Of a stretch of DNA of 64,000 nucleotides, positions 17,160-27,862 are shown piece after piece. The notes below the pieces were generated by a model. It saw nothing but the letters and a program-made list of their open reading frames with translations. It made no database searches and was not told where the DNA came from. Origin of the DNA: a virus; the UHGV virus genome UHGV-0090252. One strand, 5' to 3'. The position numbers and the translations under genes are program-made. The stretch's first letter is position 1. Every line of letters begins with the position of its first letter.

Positions 17160-18512
17160 TTATTCGTAAGCCACTGTACCTTTCAAGTCAACATCCAAGA
17201 TAGCCCCTGCTAAGATACCTGCGAAGGTAACGTCTTTCAGGATACGCGCTTTCTTGTCTGCTAAAGCAACTTGAGAGGCTTTAGGAACATTAACTGTGTA
17301 AGATGACAGGAAGTTTCTGTTGACTGCTCTTTGCAGAGAGGTTTCAATGACTTGACGAATACGGGTAATACCAGTATCATCATAAGTAATCTTACCACCC
17401 TTCTGGTTAATTAGCAAGTCTCTCAGAGAAGTTTTCAGGTCTGATTCTAACCAGTCAACACCACGGACGATATCAATCCATTCCCCACCAGAAGTAATCC
17501 CTCTACGAACCACTGGAACACCGCCATCAAGGTCAATAAAGTTACAGTGACGTACATCTAAAGCAGACTTCTGAATACTTGTCAGAGGTCTCTGATTAGA
17601 TGGTTGTAGAGAAGCTGCTACACCAGTTAACTGAGCATTACCCCAAGCAATTGAACCTGCATCATATGGAGCACCATAAGCAATGTATGCCATCTCTGGG
17701 TAATCTTCTGCTGCTGCGTGATGCCACAAGCAAACTGTACGAGTATACATACTCTTAGCAAGCTGTGCTGGAACATCATTTGCACTGTTTAATTCTGTAC
17801 CTTGTAGTGCTGATACATCAGAGTTGGCTGTAAAGAAGATTTTCTTACGAGCCTGAATCTCAGAAGCCATTGCTAAGACAAACTGTTGAGTTCTGTCTTC
17901 TGCTGCAATGAAATACCAGTCAGTAGAATAAGCTTCAATGGCTGCCAGAGCAGTTGCTGCTGTATCGGCAGTTGTACCTGCAATATATACAGTCTGTGCT
18001 GTGGTTGTTACTTTCACAAAGTCATTATCGCCAGCTTTGGTAATAATCATTGTGGCAGAAGCACCACTACCAGTTACGTTCACAGAAACCTTATCTTTGA
18101 TTGTTGGGTCAGCTTCAATCTGTGTTTTAAACTGTTGCAAAACTACCTCAGCAGTATCTGAGCTTTGTGCTGTATACTGGAATGGTTGAGAGATTCCACC
18201 GCCAACAGCGACAGTAATTGAGTAGTCTGTACTTTCGGTAACGGCATCAGGAATTGATACAGTGTACTGCATAGCACGTCTACCAATATAAAGCTGAGTT
18301 ACTTTAGGAGTCTGACTCCAAAGTTGTTTAGCAGCCTTATATGCAGCAGACCTCTCATCGAAATCTTCAGCAACTTCAGTTAAGGAAGTGTAGCCACGCA
18401 CTCTTTCTTCAAAGTTATCTGTTGAAGCTAAGAATAGTGGCAAACCAAAACCTTCTCTTGTAGTTCCTGCGGTGTTCAATGTAATATCTACATTAACAAT
18501 TGGATTCCACAT
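17160..18512 (-). CDS. tail sheath protein
   Basis: 450 aa; size and position in a contractile-tail module. Confidence 0.75.
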   Translation of the reverse strand: MWNPIVNVDITLNTAGTTREGFGLPLFLASTDNFEERVRGYTSLTEVAEDFDERSAAYKAAKQLWSQTPKVTQLYIGRRAMQYTVSIPDAVTESTDYSITVAVGGGISQPFQYTAQSSDTAEVVLQQFKTQIEADPTIKDKVSVNVTGSGASATMIITKAGDNDFVKVTTTAQTVYIAGTTADTAATALAAIEAYSTDWYFIAAEDRTQQFVLAMASEIQARKKIFFTANSDVSALQGTELNSANDVPAQLAKSMYTRTVCLWHHAAAEDYPEMAYIAYGAPYDAGSIAWGNAQLTGVAASLQPSNQRPLTSIQKSALDVRHCNFIDLDGGVPVVRRGITSGGEWIDIVRGVDWLESDLKTSLRDLLINQKGGKITYDDTGITRIRQVIETSLQRAVNRNFLSSYTVNVPKASQVALADKKARILKDVTFAGILAGAILDVDLKGTVAYE

Positions 18513-19112
18513 TTATTTTACCCCTTTGGAGTCTACATCTAGATGGATAGTATATTCTGGTGGCTCTTGTCCTTCTTCATAAACCAACTCACCATCAACA
18601 ATGACACGCTCAATAATACTTCCACGTTCATCCTTCAGGACTGAGTTTTTTACAAGAGTTACAACAAGAGGCGCAGAATTTTCGAAATCTGTATTGAGAT
18701 AAGTATAGTCATTCGGGATAGCTCCAGTGTCTAGTACTGTAGCTCCTGTTTCTTCAAGGATTAAATCTCTGACTGAACTCATCTCTAATCGTTGTTTAAG
18801 CTCAAGCATAATACTGTGAGCACCTTTACCATTTACCGTAATCAATACAGGAATCTGAAAAGCAATTCTGTAGCAAACTACATCATCCTCAACAAACTTA
18901 TCAAGAACCCAACCATAAGGTGTTGCAGCATCTTGACAATATACGGTAATAAATGGCTGGTCAGGTTTTAAACCTTTGTCATTTGAGTTATCAGAAGGGT
19001 AAGCTCTAATTACGTTTGGTCTATTATTTTTATCACGAGCTAGTCTGTGACCAATAACATCCACTAAGGTTCTAACTAGACCTTTTTCAAGTTCTGCTGT
19101 TTCTAACTGCAT
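18513..19112 (-). CDS. tail completion/neck protein
   Basis: 199 aa between the head and tail modules. Confidence 0.4.
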   Translation of the reverse strand: MQLETAELEKGLVRTLVDVIGHRLARDKNNRPNVIRAYPSDNSNDKGLKPDQPFITVYCQDAATPYGWVLDKFVEDDVVCYRIAFQIPVLITVNGKGAHSIMLELKQRLEMSSVRDLILEETGATVLDTGAIPNDYTYLNTDFENSAPLVVTLVKNSVLKDERGSIIERVIVDGELVYEEGQEPPEYTIHLDVDSKGVK

Positions 19113-19488
19113 TCATTTTATCCCTTCTAATAATGATATATTCATAATGGGACGTATGGGCTAATTGCTGTGACCAATCCATAGTCATAAATACTTCATA
19201 CTCATGACCATCAATCATAACAATATCAGACTCATTCCACTCTACATCATCTGAAGTTCTAAGTTTATATGCGGTATACAGGATTCTTGTATCGGTAAGC
19301 CTGATACCTTCCGGTAAAGCAATCTGTGTACCATTCTTTACAGAACCTTTGATATATGGCTGGGTATTACCTTTGCAGTTAACCTCTACAATATCTTGTG
19401 AAGCTACCCAATCACCATCATCATTATAATAACCGTCTTCAGAGACTTTACGCTTTACTACAAAGCTGTGTCTGTTTAAGAGTCTCAT
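19087..19488 (-). CDS. head-tail connector protein
   Basis: 133 aa. Confidence 0.4.
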   Translation of the reverse strand: MRLLNRHSFVVKRKVSEDGYYNDDGDWVASQDIVEVNCKGNTQPYIKGSVKNGTQIALPEGIRLTDTRILYTAYKLRTSDDVEWNESDIVMIDGHEYEVFMTMDWSQQLAHTSHYEYIIIRRDKMNAVRNSRT

Positions 19489-19967
19489 TTCTTAATACCC
19501 TTCTTAGTAGAAATTTTATAAGCAAGGTTATCTCTTAAGTCACCTGTCTCAACAAGAGGTGCGTTAAAGCCTTTTTTCTTGACTGTGGAAGGTGCGTTAG
19601 GAGGGAGGATAGCAGAATTACCAAAACCTCTTTTAATTGCCTTTTGAGCATTCTTTGCAAATGCTTCTAAGGTATTTGAAGGGTCTGTGTTGAGACTGCT
19701 AAGTTGCTTATATAGATTCTTCTTAGTCTGCTCTAACAAGGTCTGTTTGTTTAGCATCATAGTGATTTCAAACAACCTACGATATACTTTACCAGAAGCT
19801 GAAGGAACACCAATAACTTCTTGTAAATACATTAAAGCAGGATAAGAAAAACCAGAGCTATGTTGACCTTGTTCTTGAAAATACCCAACTTGAGCATTAG
19901 CCGTTTGCAAGTTCTTCATAGCCCCGACTAATTTTGCTCTAGCGGGGTGAATAACCCTTTTAACCAT
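19485..19967 (-). CDS. head-tail connector protein
   Basis: 160 aa. Confidence 0.4.
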   Translation of the reverse strand: MVKRVIHPARAKLVGAMKNLQTANAQVGYFQEQGQHSSGFSYPALMYLQEVIGVPSASGKVYRRLFEITMMLNKQTLLEQTKKNLYKQLSSLNTDPSNTLEAFAKNAQKAIKRGFGNSAILPPNAPSTVKKKGFNAPLVETGDLRDNLAYKISTKKGIKK

Positions 19968-20416
19968 TATTCATCTCGCTCGATAATAAATACGCCATTA
20001 ACACGGTTGCAGTAATCTCTGCCTTCGTATCTGGCAGCATCACCATATTCTGTGTATTTCTTGACAGAGCAAGGATTCTGACGACGCATGTCAATATCAC
20101 ACTGATTAATACCACCTGCATAGGGTAGTCCTGAAACAGAGCTTTTAACAAGGTCGTCATAAACAGCTTTCAGAGACTTGAATCTGGAAGAGTTACGTAA
20201 GTAAACACCACCAACCTTCTCATCTCCCATCTTGGCTACTTGAAAGAGTAAATATTTAAGAGCTTTGATGGCTGCTTTCTTTTCATCCTTTCCAGATTCT
20301 AGATAGAACCACTCTAGCACAGACTGCTCAATAAGAATTTCATCATTATTAGTGTCTGTGCAGAGGATTCTTACTCTATCAAGAGGGTTATTGGCTGGGT
20401 CGCCTGTATAACACAT
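19967..20416 (-). CDS. head completion protein
   Basis: 149 aa. Confidence 0.4.
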   Translation of the reverse strand: MCYTGDPANNPLDRVRILCTDTNNDEILIEQSVLEWFYLESGKDEKKAAIKALKYLLFQVAKMGDEKVGGVYLRNSSRFKSLKAVYDDLVKSSVSGLPYAGGINQCDIDMRRQNPCSVKKYTEYGDAARYEGRDYCNRVNGVFIIERDE

Positions 20417-20437
20417 TCATAACCCTCCTTAAGAATA

Positions 20438-21547
20438 TTATTCTTGAGCGTCAGAACGAACATCTACCAGCAACTGAGGACGTGTGCAGTATGGCAGCAT
20501 GTAAGAGTGAGCTTCAAAGTCAATACCTTCATCACGGTCTTTTTCGTATTCAAATACGTACAACTCCTGACCCAGAGTATTTGCGTAGCCCATCTTCGGA
20601 CATGGAGCGTAAGCTACTTCAAAGATGTTGTTTGCTTCACCAAGCATAGAAACGTTAGGGAAAGCGTGCCCTACACCTACAGTTCCATCCTGAGTAACAC
20701 CATCGATGCTAACCAGAGTATGGGTCTTGCCGCGCTTGTCTTTGAACTTACCGTTGTACTGGACAAACTTAACACCACCGTAGTAGAACGTGTTCATATG
20801 AGCCTGAACACCATCAGAACCACCAGTTCTCAGAGAGCCAGTAATCTGTTGCCATGCCAGCGGAGTCTGCTGTGCAAGGTATGCGTCACGAATCTTCGGA
20901 TGCTTGGTAAGTTTACTGAAGAAAGTTCTGTCAACAACTACGTGAATCTCTTCACCGTTGATTACAGTACCAGTCTTAGCTTCGTCTTCCATGTGCATAC
21001 GTAGGTCTTCGATGTGAGCATCAATATCAGAGTTCGGATTGTCAAGGTCGAAGTAGATAGTCTTCTTAGTTACATCGAACTGTTTGTACAGGTCTGCGTA
21101 CAGAACACCATTAGCGTCGATAACTTTACCCTTCAGAGCTTGCATGAACAAGAACTCACGAGTAATATCGAACTTGGTGCGAATCTTCATCAGCTTCTTA
21201 GCACGAACGATGGCTTCAGTGGTTAGTTCATTTGCAGTACCTGGCTGACGTACACCCTGAATCTCATCAGGAGTAATGCTTTCAACTTCCTTGAAGTACA
21301 TCATTGGGAAGCTGATTTGACGAACACGCTCAGGAGCACTTGTTTCAGCTTTACGGCTAGTGCGGTCTACAGCATCAAGCAAGCTGATATCCCAATCTGT
21401 CAAGTCCATCAGGAAGGTTGTCTGAGTTTGTGGTGCTGAACGGAACAGACCTAAGTTGGAAATATACCCATAAGTGTTTGGGATAGACTGGACTTCACGA
21501 GTCAGGTCAGCAAGTAAAAATCTGCTTTTTTCAGAATTAGTCAACAT
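20438..21547 (-). CDS. major capsid protein
   Basis: 369 aa downstream of the protease/scaffold and decoration-like genes. Confidence 0.75.
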   Translation of the reverse strand: MLTNSEKSRFLLADLTREVQSIPNTYGYISNLGLFRSAPQTQTTFLMDLTDWDISLLDAVDRTSRKAETSAPERVRQISFPMMYFKEVESITPDEIQGVRQPGTANELTTEAIVRAKKLMKIRTKFDITREFLFMQALKGKVIDANGVLYADLYKQFDVTKKTIYFDLDNPNSDIDAHIEDLRMHMEDEAKTGTVINGEEIHVVVDRTFFSKLTKHPKIRDAYLAQQTPLAWQQITGSLRTGGSDGVQAHMNTFYYGGVKFVQYNGKFKDKRGKTHTLVSIDGVTQDGTVGVGHAFPNVSMLGEANNIFEVAYAPCPKMGYANTLGQELYVFEYEKDRDEGIDFEAHSYMLPYCTRPQLLVDVRSDAQE

Positions 21548-21580
21548 TGTAAAATTCTCCAGAATGTCTTATTATTGTTA

Positions 21581-21958
21581 TTACAGGCCAGTTGGTACGA
21601 AATCAATACCTTTAGCAGCCAGAGCTTTCTTGACTTCAGCAGCATTAACGCTTGATTCAAGAGTCAGCAGGTCTTTTAGTTCTGCATCACGGTGGATACC
21701 TACCACTTTCAACTGACCATGATAAGACAGTTGCAGGTCTGCGTAGAAATTAACGATACATACAGAGTCTGCTTGGGCTTCTTCTCCAGCTTGTACCTTA
21801 GTACCATCTGCTTTCAGAACTTCACCTACACGGTATTCTGTTGAAGCAACCGGAGTGTACTCTTTACGAGAGTGGCCTGTTGGGGTAATCTGTTCCCAAA
21901 GAATGATATCATTCAGAGGTTCTCTGTTACCTAACTTAGTAAAACCTTGATATGCCAT
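21581..21958 (-). CDS. head decoration or scaffold-associated protein
   Basis: 125 aa between the protease and capsid genes. Confidence 0.4.
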   Translation of the reverse strand: MAYQGFTKLGNREPLNDIILWEQITPTGHSRKEYTPVASTEYRVGEVLKADGTKVQAGEEAQADSVCIVNFYADLQLSYHGQLKVVGIHRDAELKDLLTLESSVNAAEVKKALAAKGIDFVPTGL

Positions 21959-21969
21959 TATTGTGTTCC

Positions 21970-23316
21970 TTATTTGATAAGAGATTTTAGAGCATTCTGG
22001 AGAGCCAGTTTGCGTTGTTCAGCGGTGTCTTCGGAAGCATTCTTAGCTGGTTCTTTTTCTTCTTCAACCAAATCAGCTTCGCCGTCATTACCCACTTCTT
22101 CCATAGCGTTGGAATGTTCAAGAACAGCACCAGCGGTTTCTTTCAGCTTGGTGATTTCTGATTCTTTTTCTTCCATTGCAGAAGCATGGGACGCGATAGT
22201 TTCATTAAGTTTCTGGTTAGCACCTTCCATAGCATTCATAAACAGAACACTCAGAGGGTTATCAAGACCAGCACCTAAAATAGTCGTTGCAGCTTCTTTT
22301 GCATCAAATCCAAAAGCTTCAGCAGAAGCAGAAATCTTATTAGTCAAATCTGACAAAGCAGCTTCCTGTTCTTTAGCTTTCATTTGAGCAACCTGAAGAC
22401 GCAAAGCTTCTAGTTCTTGCTTTTCTTGTTCAGTCATTTCTTCACCTGAATTGTTAACGTTTAAACTTACAGGAGCCTCTTCAGAACCTTGTAAGTAATT
22501 TAAGAAATCATCTTGAGACATGATTGAGTTAATTAAACCAAGTTCAAGAGCTTCCTGAGCAGAATAAACATTCGCCTCAGTATTCTTTACAGCTTCTTCA
22601 GAGAGATTACGAGATTCAGCTACAAAACCTGTAAAGGTTGCGTAGGTATCATTAATTCTCTTTTGAAGTCTTTCTTTGCTTTCTTCTGAAAGTGCTTGGA
22701 ATGGTGAACCCATACCTTTAAACTCACCAGCCTTGATGACGTTAATTGTTACGCCATTCTTTTCAAATGCTTTAGTTAATTCCTGATGAACCATAATTAC
22801 ACCAATAGAACCAACATCTGCATCTGGTGATGCAATAATTTCTTCAGCAGAAGATGCAAGAGCGTATGCAGCGGAACAAGCGAACTCATCTACATAAGCA
22901 ATAATTTTCTTTTGGCCTCTTGAAGCCATGATGTGACGTGCTAATTCAAAGCAACCTGAAGCTTCACCGCCACCAGAATCAATGTGCAGAACAATAGTCT
23001 TGATTGACTCATCTGCTAAAGCTTCGTCAAAGCCTCTACGCAAACCTTCATAAGAGCTTAATCCACCTGTACACATTGCATCAATGAATGTCATACGATG
23101 GGTTAAACCGCCCATAATAGGGATAATAGCAATGTCATCTTTCACTTTTAAAAGACTTCTTGCTTCACCTTTGGGTTTATCAAAGTTTACTGCTGCTTGG
23201 ACATCACCCAGCAATCTGTTATTCACATAAGTTGCTGCTGAGTGAGCTAATGATTCAGTGGCTAGTAAAGGTTGGTTGAATAATCTATCAGCAAGTCTGA
23301 AGATATTCGAACTCAT
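21970..23316 (-). CDS. prohead protease (S49/SppA family) fused to scaffold-like coiled-coil region
   Basis: 448 aa; N-terminal half has S49 peptidase-like motifs (HIDSGGGE, AYVDEFACSAAYALAS); C-terminal half is Glu/Lys/Ala-rich coiled coil. Confidence 0.75.
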   Translation of the reverse strand: MSSNIFRLADRLFNQPLLATESLAHSAATYVNNRLLGDVQAAVNFDKPKGEARSLLKVKDDIAIIPIMGGLTHRMTFIDAMCTGGLSSYEGLRRGFDEALADESIKTIVLHIDSGGGEASGCFELARHIMASRGQKKIIAYVDEFACSAAYALASSAEEIIASPDADVGSIGVIMVHQELTKAFEKNGVTINVIKAGEFKGMGSPFQALSEESKERLQKRINDTYATFTGFVAESRNLSEEAVKNTEANVYSAQEALELGLINSIMSQDDFLNYLQGSEEAPVSLNVNNSGEEMTEQEKQELEALRLQVAQMKAKEQEAALSDLTNKISASAEAFGFDAKEAATTILGAGLDNPLSVLFMNAMEGANQKLNETIASHASAMEEKESEITKLKETAGAVLEHSNAMEEVGNDGEADLVEEEKEPAKNASEDTAEQRKLALQNALKSLIK

Positions 23317-23327
23317 TTTTACTCACC

Positions 23328-23660
23328 CTATTTGTTTAAATCTACAGAGACTGAAGAGATAACATAGATACCTTCTTCAGCAAAGAATTGAGGTTTGCTA
23401 AGAGCACCAGTTGCCACGCATTTATCGTTAGCATCCCACAAGCTATAGTGTGAGACCGTTGCAGAAGCTGGGACAGTAATGTTAACTGTGTCTTCTGAGG
23501 CAATTAAGCCATTATCCGGTTCAGAAAAATAAATAGCCACTGGCTGAGTAACCTTATTTGCTGTAGGGTCTGCCGTTGGGTCTACATTGTGTAAAATAAT
23601 AGTCGTTGGGGTTAGCGTGGCGAGGATTTTATTCTTACCATCAATAGTTAATGTTCCCAT
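23328..23660 (-). CDS. hypothetical head-associated protein
   Basis: 110 aa. Confidence 0.4.
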   Translation of the reverse strand: MGTLTIDGKNKILATLTPTTIILHNVDPTADPTANKVTQPVAIYFSEPDNGLIASEDTVNITVPASATVSHYSLWDANDKCVATGALSKPQFFAEEGIYVISSVSVDLNK

Positions 23661-24160
23661 TAATTAAACCTTACTTTTTGTTTAAGGACTGTTGAATGGT
23701 TACCAGATTCATCTACCACATTTACAATCATATCATATACTTTGCCTTTGACAAGTACTTTGTAATCATTTTGTGAAAAAATGTATTCAAGTCTGTTTGT
23801 TTCTTTATTAACTGTCATTGGAGATTGAAATGCAGTGTCAAGGGTAATGAAAGCGGCTTCAATGCTATTAACATTGATACGTTTATTCTCGCAGTTATAT
23901 AACTTTACACCCAAAAGGCATGAACTGTCAAATGGAATTTTAACAATTTCACTACAATTTCCTGAAATAAACGGTTTTCCACTCATTGGAGCATCAAGTA
24001 ACCTGCAAATAGTGAAAACGTCAGAGGTTCCACCATCACTTACATAACCTGAAAGGCTGACCCTTGAGCCAGCCTCTACAGATAATTTGTCAGTGATAAT
24101 AAGAACACCTCTATACGAATGCACCCGTGTAGCATTTGAAATAGAGATAACTTCAGCCAT
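23660..24160 (-). CDS. hypothetical head-associated protein
   Basis: 166 aa. Confidence 0.4.
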   Translation of the reverse strand: MAEVISISNATRVHSYRGVLIITDKLSVEAGSRVSLSGYVSDGGTSDVFTICRLLDAPMSGKPFISGNCSEIVKIPFDSSCLLGVKLYNCENKRINVNSIEAAFITLDTAFQSPMTVNKETNRLEYIFSQNDYKVLVKGKVYDMIVNVVDESGNHSTVLKQKVRFN

Positions 24161-25635
24161 TATTTATTTGCCTTATTTGCTGTGCTTGGGTCTTTCGCTG
24201 AAGGTGTCTTTGCAGTACCTTCTCCAGCGGTCTTATAACCATCTCCTGAACGGCTTTGGCTATTTGGAGAAAGCTTTTCAGATACTGGCTGAGACTCATC
24301 AGCAGGAGGAAGACCAATATGCTCTCTAAGCTTGTTAGATAGCTCTTTGTCAACTTCCAAAGCACCTACTGCAACAGTTTTCTGAATATAAGAACCAATT
24401 GCTTCAAGGTCTGGAGTTTCGATATCATCATAAGTGATTTGTACATGTTCTTCATCGTCCCACATATTAAGAGCATAAGTCTGTGCAACTAAATCACGGT
24501 TAATTACGTTCTTAATTTGCTTCAGCAGGATATCTACTGACATTGCTAGTAAGCTCGTCTTAGAATCTGCAAGAGAGAATGAACCGTATTTTGACTGACC
24601 CATAGCAAGAACATCTGACATAAATGCCATCATAATCTGCTTGGAATATCTGTCAATAATAGAACCTGTATCGTATGCTTTAGCACCCTGTCTAGAAACT
24701 AATGAGAACTCGAAAATATCCTCTTTAGTATCTGGGTCAATATATCTAGGCCAGATTAAACCTGCTCTGTCATTAGCAATCATATCGTTAACAACAGTTT
24801 TGCAGTATTGTACGAAAGCTTTCTTTTCAGGTTCTGCATTTTCATCCAGATAATCTGGTGGTAAACCAATTTTTGGCATACCTACCAAGTCTCTTGAAAC
24901 ACCAACAGCTTCATACTCTTCAATCTGTACTTTATATTTCCACGGTACATAAGCATTAAGTAATGGTGAACGACCTTCTGGGTTTCCATATTCATCGTCA
25001 TACTTAAACAGCATGAATTTAGCTCGTGGAAGTTTTCTTGTCAGTGGTCTTTCTCCGAGATTAATTGCTCCAGCAATATGTGAAACATTTCTCAGATTCT
25101 GTCTAACACCAGTAACTTTTCTAAAGTCTTCGTCAAAGTACCACTTATCAAGCGTTGACTGGTTTCTGATTGGCAATTTAGCCCATCCGATTAAACCATC
25201 ATCGAATTTCGATTGGTACTTCCCTTTCTTACCCTGACGCTTCTTATAAACTTTTTCATTAACACAGAACCCATAAGTGCAGAATGACATTACAGAATTA
25301 ATAAAATCTGCCCAATCATGCTCCATGTCATCCATTAAAGAATTAAAGAAGTCTGCTCTTTCAAGCATTTTAGGGTCTTGCTCTTTTCCCTTTGGAGGTA
25401 CGAATCTCCAGTTGACTTTTCTGACAAACATCTTAATAATATTTACAGATGCTGCTACAGCAGGGTCACGCATCATTAATTGGAAAGTTTTAATACTTTC
25501 AGGGAACCTTAGTGCCTGACGAGGTTCTTCATAGATTCTCCCATTCTTAACCTTCAGACCCAAAGAACCTACTTCACCCATTCTAAATGGTGGTAAGCTT
25601 TCTTGTGTTTCTGTAATATCTGCCATTCTTCTCAC
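24160..25635 (-). CDS. portal protein
   Basis: 491 aa immediately downstream of the large terminase gene. Confidence 0.75.
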   Translation of the reverse strand: MRRMADITETQESLPPFRMGEVGSLGLKVKNGRIYEEPRQALRFPESIKTFQLMMRDPAVAASVNIIKMFVRKVNWRFVPPKGKEQDPKMLERADFFNSLMDDMEHDWADFINSVMSFCTYGFCVNEKVYKKRQGKKGKYQSKFDDGLIGWAKLPIRNQSTLDKWYFDEDFRKVTGVRQNLRNVSHIAGAINLGERPLTRKLPRAKFMLFKYDDEYGNPEGRSPLLNAYVPWKYKVQIEEYEAVGVSRDLVGMPKIGLPPDYLDENAEPEKKAFVQYCKTVVNDMIANDRAGLIWPRYIDPDTKEDIFEFSLVSRQGAKAYDTGSIIDRYSKQIMMAFMSDVLAMGQSKYGSFSLADSKTSLLAMSVDILLKQIKNVINRDLVAQTYALNMWDDEEHVQITYDDIETPDLEAIGSYIQKTVAVGALEVDKELSNKLREHIGLPPADESQPVSEKLSPNSQSRSGDGYKTAGEGTAKTPSAKDPSTANKANK

Positions 25636-25642
25636 CTAGCTA

Positions 25643-27259
25643 TCAACGTCTAAGCCCCTCATATGGGTTTCCTCTCACTAAGTCTGTGTGAGCACCCATT
25701 GATGGTGGCTTGAATAATTTAACTTCGTTAAGACTGTTGAAAGCATCACTGGTAGCATCCACTTGGTCATCTTTAGTTTTGCCATCACCACAAAAGCCTT
25801 CAAGCTCTTGAAAGTAAGCTTCATTCCAACTACCTCTCAAGACTTTTACAAGTCCAGCTTCAGAAGCAGCAGAAAATCCCGCAAAGCGGGTAACTTTATC
25901 TTTATTTGTTGGTTTAGCTCTTGCACGATAGCCTTTCTCGGCAAGTTTCCTGATGAGGGATGTTGCGTAGGATTTACCAGCAGCGCCTGGGTCTTGAGGG
26001 ATAAAAATACCAGTTCGCTTACCGTCACTTTCAGCAGTCAAATTAATTTGTGTTTCGACTCCAGAGGGTCTATCTCTAAATCTTACTACATCAATGATAT
26101 AATAGCAACCGTCTTTTTTAGATTTACCCATCTTAACACCTGCTGTCCAGTCTGGATTAGGGTTAACCTCAGATGGTAAAGTTGCTGCTAAGTCCCATGC
26201 TCTAACATCAAATACATCTTCTGGGAGTGAATCAACAATCTCACACCATTGTCTTTGCCAATAGTTTGAACCTTCTGCACGAGCCTTCCAGTTACCGAAA
26301 CGAAGTCTTGCAACGTTTACAGGAGTGTTGTTTTCAAGCTTACCGCGATACTTTGGCTCTAAGAAGTCAAGAATTGGGTTATCATCAATCGTACCAGAGA
26401 TGAAGGTGTATGTTTGAGGAATCTCAAGAGGGAACATTTCAAGAATCTTGTCTCTCTCCCAATCAGAAACCATCACACCATCATTCATTACATACCAACG
26501 AATACGACCACACTTTTCAGGGTCTGGGTAACCTTCTTCATCTAAGAATGGTTCTACCCAATCGTAAATAAAGTGGTCTCTATCTGGGTTCATGGAAATC
26601 TTCATGTATGAATCACCTTCAGCACCAGAACGTAGACGAGTTTGTAGGTATGAAATCTGTGAAGCAGAGAAGTGTGTACCTTCGTCAAAGTAAATAGCTG
26701 AGTATTCAATACCCTGATGACCTTCAGCGTGCTTTTCAAGTTCTAGGTAGGTAAACTTGATAGTTGCCCCAGAAGGGAATGTGATAGTCATTTTCTGCTC
26801 GTGAGGAATCCCACCAAACTTACCAAATAGTTTCTTTGCAGCAGGCCATAAACCACCTTGTAACTGTGTTGTATTTCGACGGAAATATACAGCATTATAG
26901 TTAGGGTCTTCAATAAATCTTAAAGAGTCCATTAACAATGCGGCAGTTTTACCAGCACCAGCAGCACCACCATAGAGAACCAAGTCAGCATTAGTATTTA
27001 AAAAGACCTCTTGAGAACCCGGTTGAGGTGCTACATAGTTCTTATCAGTCATCAATTTAAAGATGAGGCGAACTTGGTCTGGTGTGTATCTTAATAAAGT
27101 CAGAATTTGAGTTGGAAGGAATTTAGAGGGGTCTTTACCGAATGATTTAATAATTTCTTTTACTTCATCAGAAAGCCCCAACTCTCCAGCTAGGACTTTC
27201 CTAACATCTTCCACTCGCTTCTGCTTAACAGCATTTAAGTCCATTAAGCGCCTCCGCAA
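25643..27259 (-). CDS. terL: terminase large subunit
   Basis: 538 aa; Walker A-like LYGGAAGAGKT plus nuclease-domain-length C-terminus. Confidence 0.9.
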   Translation of the reverse strand: MRRRLMDLNAVKQKRVEDVRKVLAGELGLSDEVKEIIKSFGKDPSKFLPTQILTLLRYTPDQVRLIFKLMTDKNYVAPQPGSQEVFLNTNADLVLYGGAAGAGKTAALLMDSLRFIEDPNYNAVYFRRNTTQLQGGLWPAAKKLFGKFGGIPHEQKMTITFPSGATIKFTYLELEKHAEGHQGIEYSAIYFDEGTHFSASQISYLQTRLRSGAEGDSYMKISMNPDRDHFIYDWVEPFLDEEGYPDPEKCGRIRWYVMNDGVMVSDWERDKILEMFPLEIPQTYTFISGTIDDNPILDFLEPKYRGKLENNTPVNVARLRFGNWKARAEGSNYWQRQWCEIVDSLPEDVFDVRAWDLAATLPSEVNPNPDWTAGVKMGKSKKDGCYYIIDVVRFRDRPSGVETQINLTAESDGKRTGIFIPQDPGAAGKSYATSLIRKLAEKGYRARAKPTNKDKVTRFAGFSAASEAGLVKVLRGSWNEAYFQELEGFCGDGKTKDDQVDATSDAFNSLNEVKLFKPPSMGAHTDLVRGNPYEGLRR

Positions 27260-27265
27260 ATAGAA

Positions 27266-27466
27266 TTATTCAGAGTCTGTAGCAGTCTCTTCTTTCTTAA
27301 CTTCGAACTTTGCATCAACAGCATCAAGAAGTGCATCCATAGATGCTTCTTTAATATCAATACCTGTTGCTACAGATAGTCTGTCTGCAATTGCCATGAT
27401 AGTATTCTGCATAAACTCTAACTTCTTGTTAGCTTCATAAAGTTCTTTATAAACGGTCTCGCTCAT
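27266..27466 (-). CDS. small protein upstream of terminase (function unknown)
   Basis: 66 aa; GGAGA RBS. Confidence 0.4.
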   Translation of the reverse strand: MSETVYKELYEANKKLEFMQNTIMAIADRLSVATGIDIKEASMDALLDAVDAKFEVKKEETATDSE

Positions 27467-27502
27467 TATGTTTTCTCCAAATAATTAACCATGTTTCCCC
27501 TT

Positions 27503-27526
27503 AAAAAAGACGGCACAGAGACCGTC
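27503..27526 (-). terminator. rho-independent terminator
   Basis: Minus-strand hairpin GACGG-8 nt-CCGTC followed by T6. Confidence 0.5.
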
Positions 27527-27591
27527 AAGGAGAAACCACAATGTACGTCAGAGACATACTGTATAAGTCTTCCTATAAAGTATAACTCTGT

Positions 27592-27650
27592 AAAAAAGCC
27601 CTGTCTAAAAATACTCTTCGGTAGCGAAAGGAAGAATACTTATAGCAGGG
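27592..27650 (-). terminator. rho-independent terminator closing the tRNA array
   Basis: Long imperfect minus-strand hairpin closed by GCCCTG/CAGGGC, followed by T6. Confidence 0.55.
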
Positions 27651-27688
27651 CATTATTATTATTTTAATTGAGAGAGAGTAAAATAAAT

Positions 27689-27764
27689 TGGAGAATCCGA
27701 AGGGACTCGAACCCTTATAAACCTGTTTTGCAGACAGGCGCATATCCATTTCTGTCACGGATTC
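27689..27764 (-). tRNA. tRNA-Cys (anticodon GCA)
   Basis: Hand-folded cloverleaf; 7-bp acceptor, T-loop TTCGAGT, encoded CCA. Confidence 0.8.
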
Positions 27765-27768
27765 AAAT

Positions 27769-27861
27769 TGGAGGAAGATACCAGACTTGAACTGGTACAC
27801 CGATTTCTCAGCTACTGGCAGTTTAGCAAACTGCTCCCTTACCTTTTAGGGTTAATCTTCC
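27769..27861 (-). tRNA. tRNA-Ser (anticodon GCT), long variable arm
   Basis: 93 nt, type II structure, encoded CCA. Confidence 0.75.
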
Positions 27862-27862
27862 G

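Noticed and set aside
27541-27582. 13-codon plus-strand mini-ORF (MYVRDILYKSSYKV) with a perfect AAGGAG RBS
   Set aside because: It lies between two minus-strand terminator hairpins with no plus-strand promoter evident; the RBS-like sequence is probably coincidental. Cannot be excluded as a leader peptide.
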